This document shows, one piece after another, positions 1 to 11,700 of a stretch of DNA of 64,000 bases; the first letter of the stretch is position 1; every line of letters starts with the position of its first letter. The stretch lies in contig CBDANF010000003.1 in assembly GCA_965197475.1 (NCBI GenBank), forward strand, positions 2,925,971-2,989,970. The letters are read 5' to 3'. The notes below the pieces were generated by a model. The model ran no database searches and was not told the origin of the DNA. It saw nothing but the letters and a program-made list of their open reading frames with translations. Source of the DNA: Candidatus Poribacteria bacterium (lineage in GTDB: Bacteria > Poribacteria > WGA-4E > WGA-3G). The position numbers and the translations under genes were made by a program.

Positions 1-105
1 GAGGTTATGGCGGCGACACAACTCCGCTTGTGAACTTTGACCGCTAAGCGCCTCAATAACAACTTCAGCCTTAAATTCGGGAGTGAATCTTCTTCGTTTT
101 GCCAT
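1..105 (-). CDS. IS3-family transposase OrfA (HTH), N-terminal part, cut by window edge
   Basis: ATG at 105 on the minus strand. Translation MAKRRRFTPEFKAEVVIEALSGQSSQAELCRRHNL is the typical IS3 OrfA N-terminus. Confidence 0.75.
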   Translation of the reverse strand, partial: MAKRRRFTPEFKAEVVIEALSGQSSQAELCRRHNL

Positions 106-184
106 CGGTTCCTCCTTTCAATCAGATTGTTATTATATCACAATCTTGGTTTAGACAGTGGTCTAAATTTCCGATGGCAGTACA
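1..184 (-). mobile_element. IS3-family (IS150-like) element, one end only; continues past the window start
   Basis: On the minus strand the element end at 184 reads TGTACTGCCATCGGAAATTTAGACC, a TG-initiated terminal repeat typical of IS3/IS150. It is followed by an AAGGAGG RBS and the orfA start at 105. Confidence 0.7.
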
Positions 185-271
185 AACTTTGTTTCAACAT
201 CTGATGGAAGAAACTTTCTAAAACGTGCATTTGATGAGAATCTCTCCAATTATCTGGTAAACAACGGTGTC

Positions 272-844
272 ATGGGTTCAGTTACCACTATACGTCCAGT
301 GCCTTCAATTGTCGCGTCGGTACATCTCAACTATCCACCCTTCTTATCTGAATCTGGACAACTTAATTTTCACTTTAGTCAAGACTGTACCTTGCTTATC
401 GCAGAAAATATAGCAAACCCTGATAATCTTGGAATGACATTGCGTACCGCTGACGCAGCAGGGACAACTGCTGTCTTACTTGGTGGGGAAGGTGCGAGTC
501 CTTTTCATAAAAACTGTATCCGTGCATCGCGTGGTGCTGTTGGTCGTCTGCCTATGTTCCACCTACCAAACACTAATTTGACGATTGAACAACTCAAAAC
601 ATCAGGGTGGAAAGTTGTTGGTGCTACAGCCAGTGCAGAAAAAGATATCAATGGTATGGAGCATTTTTCTCCTACAGCAATTGTTGTCGGTAACGAAAAT
701 AGCGGATTATCGGTTGGAACGCGTAAATGTTGCACAGAATTAGTCCGTATTCCGATGGCAACAGGACAATCGTCCTTAAATGTTGGAGTCGCAGCGGGGA
801 TTTTACTCTACGAATTATCTCGGCAAAAGATGACATTTTCATGA
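272..844 (+). CDS. SpoU/TrmH-family RNA 2'-O-methyltransferase, possibly 5'-truncated
   Basis: 190-aa ORF with SpoU motifs VVGNENSGLS and IPMATGQSSLNVGVAAGILLYE. The frame stays open upstream of the ATG back to the IS3 end at 184. Confidence 0.75.
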   Translation: MGSVTTIRPVPSIVASVHLNYPPFLSESGQLNFHFSQDCTLLIAENIANPDNLGMTLRTADAAGTTAVLLGGEGASPFHKNCIRASRGAVGRLPMFHLPNTNLTIEQLKTSGWKVVGATASAEKDINGMEHFSPTAIVVGNENSGLSVGTRKCCTELVRIPMATGQSSLNVGVAAGILLYELSRQKMTFS

Positions 845-932
845 CTTCAATTTGACAAATTGACCAGAAGATGGTAAAATTGTTTAGTTTTAAAGAGTCG
901 TAGAAAAGTTACAAGATTTTGAAGAACTATGG

Positions 933-1706
933 GTGTTAACACCTAAGGAACGTTTGCATTTGGTATCAAATTGTATTCTAAAATATCTACACGAGGTTCT
1001 TGAAAAACAGAATGCGGGTTATCTCGTGCTGATTGATCCTGAAGAATGTGAAGTTGAAAATTGTGCTAAACTTGCGCGCGAAGTTGAACAGGCAGGCGCG
1101 GATGCGATTCTCCTTGGTGGCAGTCTGTTGACAAGTGACCTGCATCCGATTGCGGCAGCCCTAAAAGCAGAAACAGCACTGCCTATCGTTCTTTTCCCTG
1201 GGGACTCGATGCATCTTACGCCTCACGCAGATGCAATTCTTTATATGAGTCTAATCAGCGGACGAAATCCAAACTACCTTATCGGTGAACAGGTAAAAGC
1301 AGCACCGTGGATTCAACGGTATTCTCTGGAACCCATTCCTACAGGCTATATGCTCATCGAAGGTGGTAACCGAACGGCTGTTGAATTTATGAGTGGAACA
1401 GCACCTATCCCTCGAAATAAACATGACATCGCAGCACCACACGCATTGGCTGCGCAATACCTTGGTATGCAGCTGATATATTTAGAAGCTGGAAGCGGTG
1501 CCGAACTTCCTGTTCCGAACGTTATGATTTCGACGGTGAAAACGCAAATTGAAATTCCACTGATTGTAGGCGGTGGCATCCGAACGCCGGAAATCGCTGC
1601 AGAAAAAGTTAGTGCTGGTGCCGATTTCATCGTTACAGGGAACATACTTGAAAAGACAGGTTCCTTTGATTTGATGAAACAGTTTGCGGATGTTGTTCAT
1701 GGATGA
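933..1706 (+). CDS. Geranylgeranylglyceryl/heptaprenylglyceryl phosphate synthase family (PcrB-like)
   Basis: 257-aa ORF with a GTG start and TIM-barrel phosphate-binding motifs (YLEAGSGA, LIVGGGIRTPE) typical of the GGGPS/PcrB family. Confidence 0.7.
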   Translation: MLTPKERLHLVSNCILKYLHEVLEKQNAGYLVLIDPEECEVENCAKLAREVEQAGADAILLGGSLLTSDLHPIAAALKAETALPIVLFPGDSMHLTPHADAILYMSLISGRNPNYLIGEQVKAAPWIQRYSLEPIPTGYMLIEGGNRTAVEFMSGTAPIPRNKHDIAAPHALAAQYLGMQLIYLEAGSGAELPVPNVMISTVKTQIEIPLIVGGGIRTPEIAAEKVSAGADFIVTGNILEKTGSFDLMKQFADVVHG

Positions 1707-1779
1707 GCATCGCAAGGAAATTTTCTTATAGAAACATAAGTAACAAGGATTCAAGCAAAAGAAAGAGAGGTAATTCATT

Positions 1780-2532
1780 ATGTCTGAAAATAATGAGGTA
1801 GTAATAAAGATAGAGACAGAAAAAGAAAACAATGACAAGCCTGATTTTCTTATTGATGTGTCTCAAGATGAAACGGATGCGTCTAATGAAACGGATACTG
1901 AAACAGAAGAACGGACAATAGAAACCGTTGAGGCTGAACTTGAGGCACTCAAAGAAGAATTTAAAATACAGATAGAAGCAATAGCCGAAGCCGAGCGTGC
2001 ACAATATGAAGCAGAACGAGAACGTTTGCTACGTACTGCCGCTGAAGCCGAAAATACAAAAAAACGTCTGGAAATCGAAGCACAGAAACAACTTAAGTAC
2101 GCGAATAAAAACATAATTGAAGGATTGATCCTTGTATTAGATAGTCTTGAAGCAGCAATAAAAAGTGTCAACGAGAAAGTTGAATCAAGTGAGACCTCCT
2201 CAGATCTTTCAAACTTCAGCGAAGGGGTGCAATTGGTTCATAAACAACTCATGGATATTCTGAAAATCCATGGACTCACACCAATTGAAGTGGTCGGTGG
2301 AACGTTTGACCCGAATCAACATGAAGCAGTCTTTGCTACTGAATCAGATGAAGTCGCAGAAGGAAATATTATTGAAGAATTCAGACGCGGCTATCAACTC
2401 CACGATCAGGTAATTCGTGCCGCACAAGTCGCGGTTTCTAAAGGAAAATATGAGCAGTCTCCCTCTGAGGATAACGAGACACAAGATCAGGATAAAGAAG
2501 CGCAAGAAGTTGAAAACACTACCGAAAATTAG
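1780..2532 (+). CDS. grpE: Nucleotide exchange factor GrpE with acidic N- and C-terminal extensions
   Basis: The core (LLRTAAEAENTKKR...GTFDPNQHEAV...GYQLHDQVIRAAQVAVS) matches GrpE. It lies directly upstream of dnaJ. Confidence 0.9.
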   Translation: MSENNEVVIKIETEKENNDKPDFLIDVSQDETDASNETDTETEERTIETVEAELEALKEEFKIQIEAIAEAERAQYEAERERLLRTAAEAENTKKRLEIEAQKQLKYANKNIIEGLILVLDSLEAAIKSVNEKVESSETSSDLSNFSEGVQLVHKQLMDILKIHGLTPIEVVGGTFDPNQHEAVFATESDEVAEGNIIEEFRRGYQLHDQVIRAAQVAVSKGKYEQSPSEDNETQDQDKEAQEVENTTEN

Positions 2533-2567
2533 GTGAAATTAAAACCACAGTGTAAGTAGGTAAACAA

Positions 2568-3686
2568 ATGGTGCAAAAACGGGATTATTACGAAATATTA
2601 GATGTAAGTCGAGATGCGGATGAAAACGAAATCAAGAAGGCTTACAGAAAGTTAGCCATTAAATATCATCCGGATAAAAATCCGGGTGATAAAGAAGCAG
2701 AAGAAAAGTTTAAAGAAGCAACCGAAGCTTATGATGTCCTGCGGACACCTGAGAAACGACAACGTTACAATCAATTTGGACATGCCGGACTTGAAGGTGC
2801 ATCCAGCGGGCACGGATTTGGGGTTAACTTTGACGATATTTTGAGCGAAGTCTTCGGAGACGTTTTAGGCGGATTCGGTAGGACACAACATAGACCAAAA
2901 CAGGGTCGCAGCCTACAATGTAACCTTGAAATCACTCTTGAAGATGCCTTTTACGGGAAAGGGGAAACAATCGAAATTCCTCGCATTGAATCCTGCCCAG
3001 AATGTAATGGAAGTGGAGCAGAAACAGGTTCAACGGCTGAAACCTGCCCACAGTGCTACGGACGAGGACAGATAACCCAATCCCAAGGCTTTTTCACGAT
3101 GTCCCGAACCTGTCCACGCTGCCGAGGTGAAGGTGAAATTATACAAAATCCATGCAGAAATTGTAATGGACAGGGGCGAATTAGAGTGAAACGCGAAATT
3201 AAACTGAAGATTGACAAAGGCGTAGATAACGGTTTTGAATATCGGTTGCGTGGAGAAGGGGAAGCGGGTACACTCGGCGGGCCTCCAGGTGATTTACTTG
3301 TCGTCGTTCAAATCAAACCACATCAGCGGTTTAGTCGTGAAGGTAGCAATCTGCTTACTTCTGCCAAAATATCGTTTGTCCAAGCAGCATTAGGCAGCAC
3401 CATCGAAATCAATAGTATTGACGGCACACAAAAATTGGATATTCCCGGCGGAACGCAGTATGGGGATCAGTTGCGTATCCCCGGTAAAGGAATGCCAGAG
3501 TACAGACGTTCTAGCTTCGGAGACCTCGTTGTACAGATCGGGATCGAAACACCGAGAAATCTCAATGAACAGCAACGCGAACTTTTAGAACACTTTGCTG
3601 AACTACAAGATAAATCAGCGGAATCTGGACACGGTGGATTTTGGGACAAGCTTTTTCGTCCTCACGATGATGAAGATAAATCGTAA
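2568..3686 (+). CDS. dnaJ: Molecular chaperone DnaJ
   Basis: J-domain with HPD (KYHPDKNP), a G/F region, and four CxxCxGxG zinc motifs (CPECNGSG, CPQCYGRG, CPRCRGEG, CRNCNGQG). Confidence 0.95.
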   Translation: MVQKRDYYEILDVSRDADENEIKKAYRKLAIKYHPDKNPGDKEAEEKFKEATEAYDVLRTPEKRQRYNQFGHAGLEGASSGHGFGVNFDDILSEVFGDVLGGFGRTQHRPKQGRSLQCNLEITLEDAFYGKGETIEIPRIESCPECNGSGAETGSTAETCPQCYGRGQITQSQGFFTMSRTCPRCRGEGEIIQNPCRNCNGQGRIRVKREIKLKIDKGVDNGFEYRLRGEGEAGTLGGPPGDLLVVVQIKPHQRFSREGSNLLTSAKISFVQAALGSTIEINSIDGTQKLDIPGGTQYGDQLRIPGKGMPEYRRSSFGDLVVQIGIETPRNLNEQQRELLEHFAELQDKSAESGHGGFWDKLFRPHDDEDKS

Positions 3687-3709
3687 AAGATTCAAATGTA
3701 AGAGGCGCA

Positions 3710-4594
3710 ATGAATTGGGCGCGGATTACTGTAACAACTTCTAATGACGCATCTGAAGCTGTTGCAAACTATTTATTTGAAATGGAGACTTTCGGTGTTG
3801 AACTGAAAGACGCTGCCGATTCAACAACTTCTCTCACCGCATATTATCCGCTGGATGACCGTGTAAACACAAGAGTTAAAAATCTTAGAGATTTTCTCTC
3901 TAAACTGCCAACGTGGGGCATCCAACCACATCCTGCGAAAATTGACTTAAAACGGGTTGAATCTGAAGAGTGGACAGATGCGTGGAAGTCAGCTTTCCCA
4001 CCGCAGCGGATCGGCAAACGTCTACTTATCGCACCAACTTGGCATAAAATCCCCCCTGATGAGGCACGTATTCTAATCCGACTTGATCCTGGTATGGCAT
4101 TTGGCACCGGTTACCATCCGACTACACGTTTATCATTGGAAATGTTGGAGCAAACGATTGAGCCGCATCAACACGTCGCGGATATCGGAACAGGTTCCGG
4201 TATACTTGCAATTGCTGCTATAAAGTTAGGCGCAAAACAAATTGATGCGATTGAACTTGACCCGACAGCAATTCCTGTAGCAGAAACAAACTTCGCCATT
4301 AATGGTGTGGCGCAACAAATTCGTTTGCATCAAGGCGATGGAATAAAGACTGCCGATGGCAAATATCATCTAATTGTTGGGAATATTCTAACAAAAGTGA
4401 TTCTTCCTATTATTCCACATTGTCCTTCGCGATTGCGACCCGAAGGACACATCATTTTTTCTGGAATTTTGGATTCAGAACTGCAAGAGGTTCAGGAGGT
4501 ATTGGCGGAAAACGGATTGCAATGTATCCATGTGATGCGTGAAGCAGAAGCAGAAGTAATGTGGGTTGCAGTCTTAGCGCGCTTCCTTCGCTAA
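3710..4594 (+). CDS. prmA: Ribosomal protein L11 methyltransferase
   Basis: 294 aa. PrmA layout with SAM motif DIGTGSGILAIAA and GMAFGTGYHPTT. Confidence 0.9.
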   Translation: MNWARITVTTSNDASEAVANYLFEMETFGVELKDAADSTTSLTAYYPLDDRVNTRVKNLRDFLSKLPTWGIQPHPAKIDLKRVESEEWTDAWKSAFPPQRIGKRLLIAPTWHKIPPDEARILIRLDPGMAFGTGYHPTTRLSLEMLEQTIEPHQHVADIGTGSGILAIAAIKLGAKQIDAIELDPTAIPVAETNFAINGVAQQIRLHQGDGIKTADGKYHLIVGNILTKVILPIIPHCPSRLRPEGHIIFSGILDSELQEVQEVLAENGLQCIHVMREAEAEVMWVAVLARFLR

Positions 4595-4831
4595 CCCGTG
4601 GCAGAGGTTACATCTGCCGAGGTTGAGGTGTGGCATTGTCGGTGATTTTTCGTCACCTTTCAAATGGCAATTCAGGCATGCAGCGTCTTCTACAGACTTC
4701 CGATGTACTTCAATGTTTGAACGCGCGGGAGCGGCGTTAAAAAAGAGAATAACCATCACTATGGCAAAAATAAGACCGATTACGCAAACAATATAAAATA
4801 GCACCTTGGGGTTAGCTTGTTCGGTCGGCAT
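4574..4831 (-). CDS. Small membrane-anchored di-haem c-type cytochrome (putative)
   Basis: 85 aa with an N-terminal TM helix (VLFYIVCVIGLIFAIVMVILFF) and two CxxCH motifs (CLNCH, CNLCH). Its end overlaps the prmA end by 21 nt, convergently. Confidence 0.5.
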   Translation of the reverse strand: MPTEQANPKVLFYIVCVIGLIFAIVMVILFFNAAPARSNIEVHRKSVEDAACLNCHLKGDEKSPTMPHLNLGRCNLCHGLAKEAR

Positions 4832-4922
4832 ATAAGAAAAGTAGACTCCTAATCTGCAGTGCTTTTAGTCTCAGCTAATAGGATACCTTATATTTACCCG
4901 TTCTGCAACTGAAATTGCAGTC

Positions 4923-5747
4923 TTATTCAAAAAAAGGAAAAAGGACCGGTAAATTTTCTGCTGTTAGTGAAGAACCGTATTCACAAGATTCAAATGCTTC
5001 AGCATATTGAATGTTAACACCGATTTTTTCCCCGTAATGTGCTTTTAATAGATCGCGATATTTTTCTGCTATAGTACGGAAACGATTTCGTAAACGTTCT
5101 GCAAGCCATTCGCGCCGAACTTCGGCATTATCGGGAACTGCATTTAGGGTGCCGCTGTTGTAAGGAAGCCATTCATAGAATTGTGATGTATGGCAATGCA
5201 ACATATCAATTTTCTGTCCCACTACGGTGTCAATACCGACAACGACATCCGGTGTAAACGGGATAGGTTTCATAAAACCATCGCTCAAATACACAATGAC
5301 AGGGTTTTTCTCCAGATGTGGCGTAAGCGCACAGATATTGGGAACGGTTACCATATACGCTGCATCCTGCACCAGTATTGACGTATAACGATGATCGGGA
5401 TGATAGTCGTTGGGGCGGTGTGTCATAATCAGGTCTGGCCGGAATTCTCGAATAGTGCGGATAATTTGATACCGATTTTCTAAAGTCGGCATCAATTTAC
5501 CATCGTGGTTGTCAAGCAATTCATATTCAATGCCGATAATTTCTGCGGCTGCTTGTGCTTCTGCATTACGCCGTTGCGTTAAAGGACCACCACCCACTTC
5601 ATGATGTCCGGCATCACCGTTGGTAACAGAAACGAATTTAACATGGTGTCCCTGCTCCCTATATAGTGCAGCAACGCCGCCAGCTTTAATATCACAATCG
5701 TCGGGATGCGCTCCGAAAACTAAAATGCGGATATGTTTTGTGTCCAT
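4923..5747 (-). CDS. PIG-L/LmbE-family N-acetylglucosaminyl deacetylase
   Basis: AHPDDCD motif near the N-terminus and a later HPDH motif. 274 aa. Confidence 0.8.
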   Translation of the reverse strand: MDTKHIRILVFGAHPDDCDIKAGGVAALYREQGHHVKFVSVTNGDAGHHEVGGGPLTQRRNAEAQAAAEIIGIEYELLDNHDGKLMPTLENRYQIIRTIREFRPDLIMTHRPNDYHPDHRYTSILVQDAAYMVTVPNICALTPHLEKNPVIVYLSDGFMKPIPFTPDVVVGIDTVVGQKIDMLHCHTSQFYEWLPYNSGTLNAVPDNAEVRREWLAERLRNRFRTIAEKYRDLLKAHYGEKIGVNIQYAEAFESCEYGSSLTAENLPVLFPFFE

Positions 5748-5771
5748 TAGATTTTCCGTAAAAGTGTCCTG

Positions 5772-8700
5772 TTAATTTTCCTCTGGATCCAGAAAGTCCA
5801 AATCGTCAAAGGGTTTTCCATTCATATCAGTAAGTCGCAGATAGAATCCTGCTTTTTCTTCTTGATTGCACACCTTAACAAGAATAGTGTTTTTGCCCTG
5901 CTTGAGTATAACAGGGACAGTGTACTGGTCCACTTCTGCATCGTGAATTTCCGTATTCGCGAACACCTTTTTACCATTTAACCAGACTTTCGCTTGGCAA
6001 CTGCTGCCAAATCGAATTTGTGCTTGCCGTTCATCAGGTGAAGTAAGTGTTGTCCATGCATAAGTGGTCAGCCAATTGCTGTCTATGCCGAATTCAACAT
6101 ATCCATCAAAGGTCTCATCCTCAGTCATTACCCAAGTTACACTGCCATTTACGCTATCGTATTTTTCAGTTGTGTTAATCTGCGTTGCGTTTTCAGGGAT
6201 GTATGCTTTATCGTACCCGATGCCATTCGTGTTGTCAAACGGTCCGAGAATCAACCATAAGTCTTCAGAGATGAAACCTGCTTTCTGAATGTACGTTTTT
6301 GCCTTTTCGGGCTCGTCATATTCACGGTAAAATTCAGCCATTGTCAAATTGGTGTTTAGGTTGAGACTTGGCATGGCTTTAAGCAAATTGTCTGCCATCC
6401 GAGCAAGTTCAGTGTAGATCCGTTGCAACTCTCGAGAGATTTCCTTCCGTTCACTGTCCCGGGCGGTCATATCCAGTGCTTTCTTATATGCATTGACAGC
6501 TTTTTCCAATTCACCATCATAACGATACCTCCGGGCAATTGATCGCTGCATACTAAACGTAAGTGTACCTTTACTTTCTTCTCGTATAAAGAATTCCTCT
6601 AGCTTGTCATGGTTGCGATAGATATTTATTAACTGTCGTTCAATATTCTGACGACTATAATCTGAAGAAGTGTATTGGATAGCTTGCTCATAAGTTTTTT
6701 CGGCAGCATCCATGTCATTTTTCCTGAGATAAAGTTCTAACAATTCATGATAAACTTGTTGATCTCCAGGTGTAAGTTCAATTGCTTTTTCGTATGCAGT
6801 GATAGAATCATCAATCTGCTTTTTGGAGGCATAAAGTTTTGCGATACGTGCATAGTGGACTCCGATTTCCGGTTCTGCATCAATGTATTTATGGGCGAGT
6901 TCAAGTGCCTTACTGTATTTGCCAACAGCCTGGTAACTGTTGACGAGTCCATCTTGATACTTTGTGTTCACTGGATCTTTTTCAAGTAAAGCATTCCAGA
7001 TTTCTACTGCCTTACTATGCTGATTTTGACGAGAATAGAGCGTTGCCAGTTTTTCTTTTGATACAAGATCCTCTGGTACTGCTTTCGTAATCTGCTCATA
7101 AGCTTTGATAGCTTCGTTAGGTTTATTGCTGTTCATATACTGTTGTGCCAAAGCGCGTAGGGTTCCGAAGTCAATTTTTTCTGTATTTTGGGCTGCATTG
7201 ATAGATTGACTTTGCCTTTTTTTAATTTCTTGCAACTTTTCTTGTGTCTCTCGGCGTTTCCAAGAATGTACCAACCAGTTGTCTCTGATATCAGTAAACA
7301 GTGCTTCGGCATCATCCCACATTCTGAAAGACATGTATTTTTTGGCGACTTGTTCCTTATCTGATATACTTCCTCCTCTTCGCATAATTTGAATGTTGCC
7401 TATCTTTCGGCATATCTCTTGTGCCTTTTCAATCTCGCCACTGTTTTTATAAGCAATGACAATTGAATCGTATATACTTTGGACAGTACTATCATCCTGC
7501 AGATTGACTTGTGCAACAGCCGCTTTGAGCAGTTTAAGTTCAAGGTTGTAATTATTAGCAGCCTGACAGGTGTTCGCTAATTTTCTTATCCATCTTAAAT
7601 TTGCTCGTGCCGGATCATTCTCAAGTATCTGATTAACGAGCGGTGCTGCATCTTCATTATTATTCATAGTTATTTTCATGAGTGTAACGAGATAAAGCAA
7701 GAATGTATCTGTAGGATTCTCTACGAATTTTTCTTCGTATTCTTTTGAAAAGACTTCTAAATTGCCAGTGGTTTTGTAAAGCTCAACAAGTTTAAGTATT
7801 AACTGTTCTTGGAGTAAAACCCTATTTACTGTGTCCAGTTTTTGACGCAAGAGCTGAATAGCCTTGTCATGTTCATTTATGTGTGAATATGCAGATGCAA
7901 GTTTCAAATATGTATCTATATCGCTTGGATCAATTTCAACGATCTTCTCAGATAACTCAATGATGGTCATAGCTGCTTCCTGATTGTACTTGGTTCTATT
8001 AGCATATTCTTCAACTATGTTCCGCGCGATATTGAGTCCAATATATTGACTTTCGGTCAACGTATTTTCCTTTGTCACGAGCATTTCTTCTACGAGTGCA
8101 ACGAGTTCGTCAATTTTTTCTGACTCAATAAATGCACTGATCAGTGACCAATAATAGGTTCTAAAAAGACCTGGGTTATCTTTAAGGAGTATAGCATATT
8201 GGGTTGCGGCATTTTTATACTGTTCATTTTCTTTCAACATATATGCATATCTCTGTCGGGTTGCATTATCCTCCGGTTTTAGTGTTAGTGCCGCCTTATA
8301 AGCCTCTGATGATTTTTTATACTGTTCTCTTCTTTCGTAGAACTCCACTAACCTGATTTGTGCCTGGAATGAATCGGGATTCTTTTGGGCAGCATCAACT
8401 AACAAGGATTCGCGTTTTTTAGTAACTTCTACTCGTCTTTTCTTAGCTTCTGCATTTTTCGCTGTTAGCTGGAGAGCTCGCTGGAAATCCCATTGGTCTA
8501 ACTCCTGCCTCCGTGAAGAACTTCTGTTATCCAGATACAGAGCACGTTTGGCAAGAAGTGCTGCATCCTGATGTTGACCAAGATCTTTTAGATACTGTGC
8601 TAATTGAGTTAAATCGGATGGATCTTTTTCTTGCCTCATTAAGGACATCGCTTTTTTTGCGACAGCAATTGCATATTGTGTAAGTCCTGCGTTCTGAAGT

Positions 8701-11700
8701 TGTCGTGAAAACTGATAGAGTTCTCGACTTCCTGCCCCTGAATTCAGTTTTTTTACCATTAACTCGCGTACAGTTTCAATATTTCCTGTGTGCAAGGCAA
8801 GTTGTAACATAAGCTGAAGGTAATGCTCTCGATTTCTCGGATCATCTGCAGCAGATTCTTTAAGCAAATCTAATGCTGTTACATATTGATGTGTCTGAAT
8901 AGATATGAAAACTGTGTTAAGTTTGAGCGTAATATCATTAGAAAATTCTTTTTGTAGTGCATAGAGGATTTCACGTGCTTTGTCTCGATTTCCCTCCCAC
9001 CAATAACAATAACTGAGAGCTAAAGCTGGATAAATACGGTCTTTGCCTTTAGCGGATTCTAATTTCGTTTGAAATTTGGCGTACAATGTTTCCTTTTGAT
9101 TTTTCATCCACAGTTGGCTAAAAATTTGTTGAAGAAACTTCAACCGATTCTGATTAAAGTAAATCGTTGGGGATGTATAATTTGATTCTGTCTGAGTATA
9201 GCCTCCGTAAGCAATTGGCGAGTAACCAAGTGTTGAGACGTTTTCGGTTGTTGTGATGTTCGGTTTGCTGTATTCAAGGTACTTCCAGAAAAGCGCAATT
9301 GCTTTGTCGGTCTGTCCTAATGCAATGTAAGCAGTTGTAAGACTCTGATAACTATCCAAGTACAGCTGCCACTGTTGTTCAATGGACGATTTCTGCTTGC
9401 TTCGTTGCGTCCGAATGTTAGGCTCCCCTGATGGGATTGGAAATTGGTCGAGTAATTTTTGTGCCCTGTCAACTGCCTCTATTTGTGCAAGAGTCGTAAT
9501 TAATGTTGCACCTGTGTTAAGGTCAGTTATTTCTTCATCTTTAATTTTTTCAACGAGTTTTTGAGCATCTGCCTTTCTGCCCTCACGAGAAAGTATGCTC
9601 GCGTATTGTACTATATACCAGAATCGTATTTCTGGAGGTAAGTCCGTTACGTCATTAATGTACTGCGCTAAGAAATCAGAGTCTTGGTTTTTCTCAATTG
9701 CGTGATTCATTCGTATGGCTTGATACAATGGATTATCTGGTTCGGCGACAATTAATCGGTCAATCACTTCGTTTGCTTTTTTGGAATCCTCAATTAAAGT
9801 ATAGAAATGTGCTAATGTTTCAAGAATCCGTATATCTTTTGGGTTTGCTGCAGCGTTTTTCTCAAATTTTTGAATTAGCTCAGATAGTTTGCCTTGACTT
9901 TCTGCGATTTCCTTCAACATAACAAGGGCACCGGCTTGTGCTTCCTCAAAACTACTCGGTTTCCAAATTTGTTCACCTCTGTCCCAATGGATGATTCCGA
10001 AAGAAACTTCCCAAGCAAGATTTTGCGCGAGATAAAAATCGTTAATGTTAATTCCTGGAGGCCAAGATTTGGAGTCAAACAATCTTCCAGCTATATGCTG
10101 AGTTGGATTAAACTTTGCTGACACGGGTTTTGGCATTTCCAGAATTCGTTGAAAGTACATCTCTGTTTTGTCTATTTCGGTCATTGCGGCAAATAGTGCA
10201 CCAACCTGATATAATGATACTGCATCATTTGCTTTTTCAGATACTCGTCCAAGCAAGGTAATAGCATCATCCAGCATCCTATGTCGCATCAGTAAAGTCA
10301 CCAATTTGATCCCAACTTCAAATGTATGATTTTTTGTATGCAGAAGTTTTTCCCATGCCTGAATCGCTTCCTCTTCGCGTCCTGCATCAAATAACAATTC
10401 ACCCAGTTTTTGGTGATTGATGGGATCCGGGTGTGTTTCCACAAGCCGCTGTTGATAGGCGAGAGCATCTGCAATATCACCGAGGTCCAGACTAATATTA
10501 ACCAGTCTTTCTAACAACTCAGGATTTCCTCGTTCTCGGTCTAAGGCACGTGCTAATTGGAAACGTGCGTTTGCTAATTCGCCCTCCAAGCGATAAAATT
10601 CTGATAGTGCTAAAACAGCTCCGACATAGGTTGTGTCAACTTTTGCCATCTGCTTCAGTTTTTCTTCAAACTCACCACGTTTACCTAATTCATAATATAC
10701 TTCAGAAAGCGGTTTGACGAGATTGAGTTTGTCGTCCACATTAGTACTTAGTTCCCAACATCGCCAGTATTGGACGATAGCTTCTTGCGGCTTGCCCGAA
10801 AGTTTGAGTGTTTCAGCAAGTTTTATGCAAATGTCAACAGCATCCGGACGAAGACGTACTGCCTGTCTGAGACTATTAATTGAAGTTTCAAAATCTCTGG
10901 ACTGCTTAGCGATTTCCGCCAACAGCTGATGTCCTTCAGGATTGCGAGGGGTGTGTGCAACAACTTGTTTTGCAGCAGCAGTTGCAGCCGCAAAATCCAT
11001 AACATTTAGATAAGAACGCGCTATATTCGCATAATATTCGCGTGCATTTGTGTTGTCCACTTTGATTAAGTGTTTATAGATAGCATTTGCAGCCTCACGA
11101 TGTCCCTGCTTGTCGTAGATGTCTGCAAGCCAACGGTTAATAACTACATTATCAGGTTGGAGTGTTTTGACTTTTAATAGTACTTTAAGCGCGTGAGTGA
11201 TGTTGCCCAATTTTAGATACATTTTCGCAAGTCGCTTATGGTTTGCAAAGGTCTCGGCAGAAGCAAGATTCGGTTTTTGAAGTTCAACCTCCATCGCTTC
11301 AACTTTGTCCATGAGCGTTCCTTGCCTACGATAGATTTCAATTCGCCGATCGTCAATCTGTTCGGCGAAAAAATCGTTGGGGGCGAACTTAGCGGCTTCT
11401 GTGTATTCTGCTAATGCTTCATCGTAAGCTTTGTTTTCCATCAACCTTTTCGCTAATGCTTCACGATAACGGTATGCTTCCGGCATCAACTGCACCGCTT
11501 TTCGACTAACATTGATTGCCTGAGTTTGTAATTCCTTTGCTCCGAACAGTTGTGCCAACTGGTCATAATTTTCAGCGATACCTTTATCATTGGCAACCAT
11601 CCGATTCCATGTCTCAATTGCTTTTTCATGGTTTCCCTGACGAAAGTAGAATTCACCGAAATACCGAATGTAATCCAGATTGTCGGGGGCGAGCGAGATT

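Noticed and set aside
1707-1779. Searched upstream of grpE for a CIRCE operator (TTAGCACTC-N9-GAGTGCTAA).
   Set aside because: No match or near-match is present.
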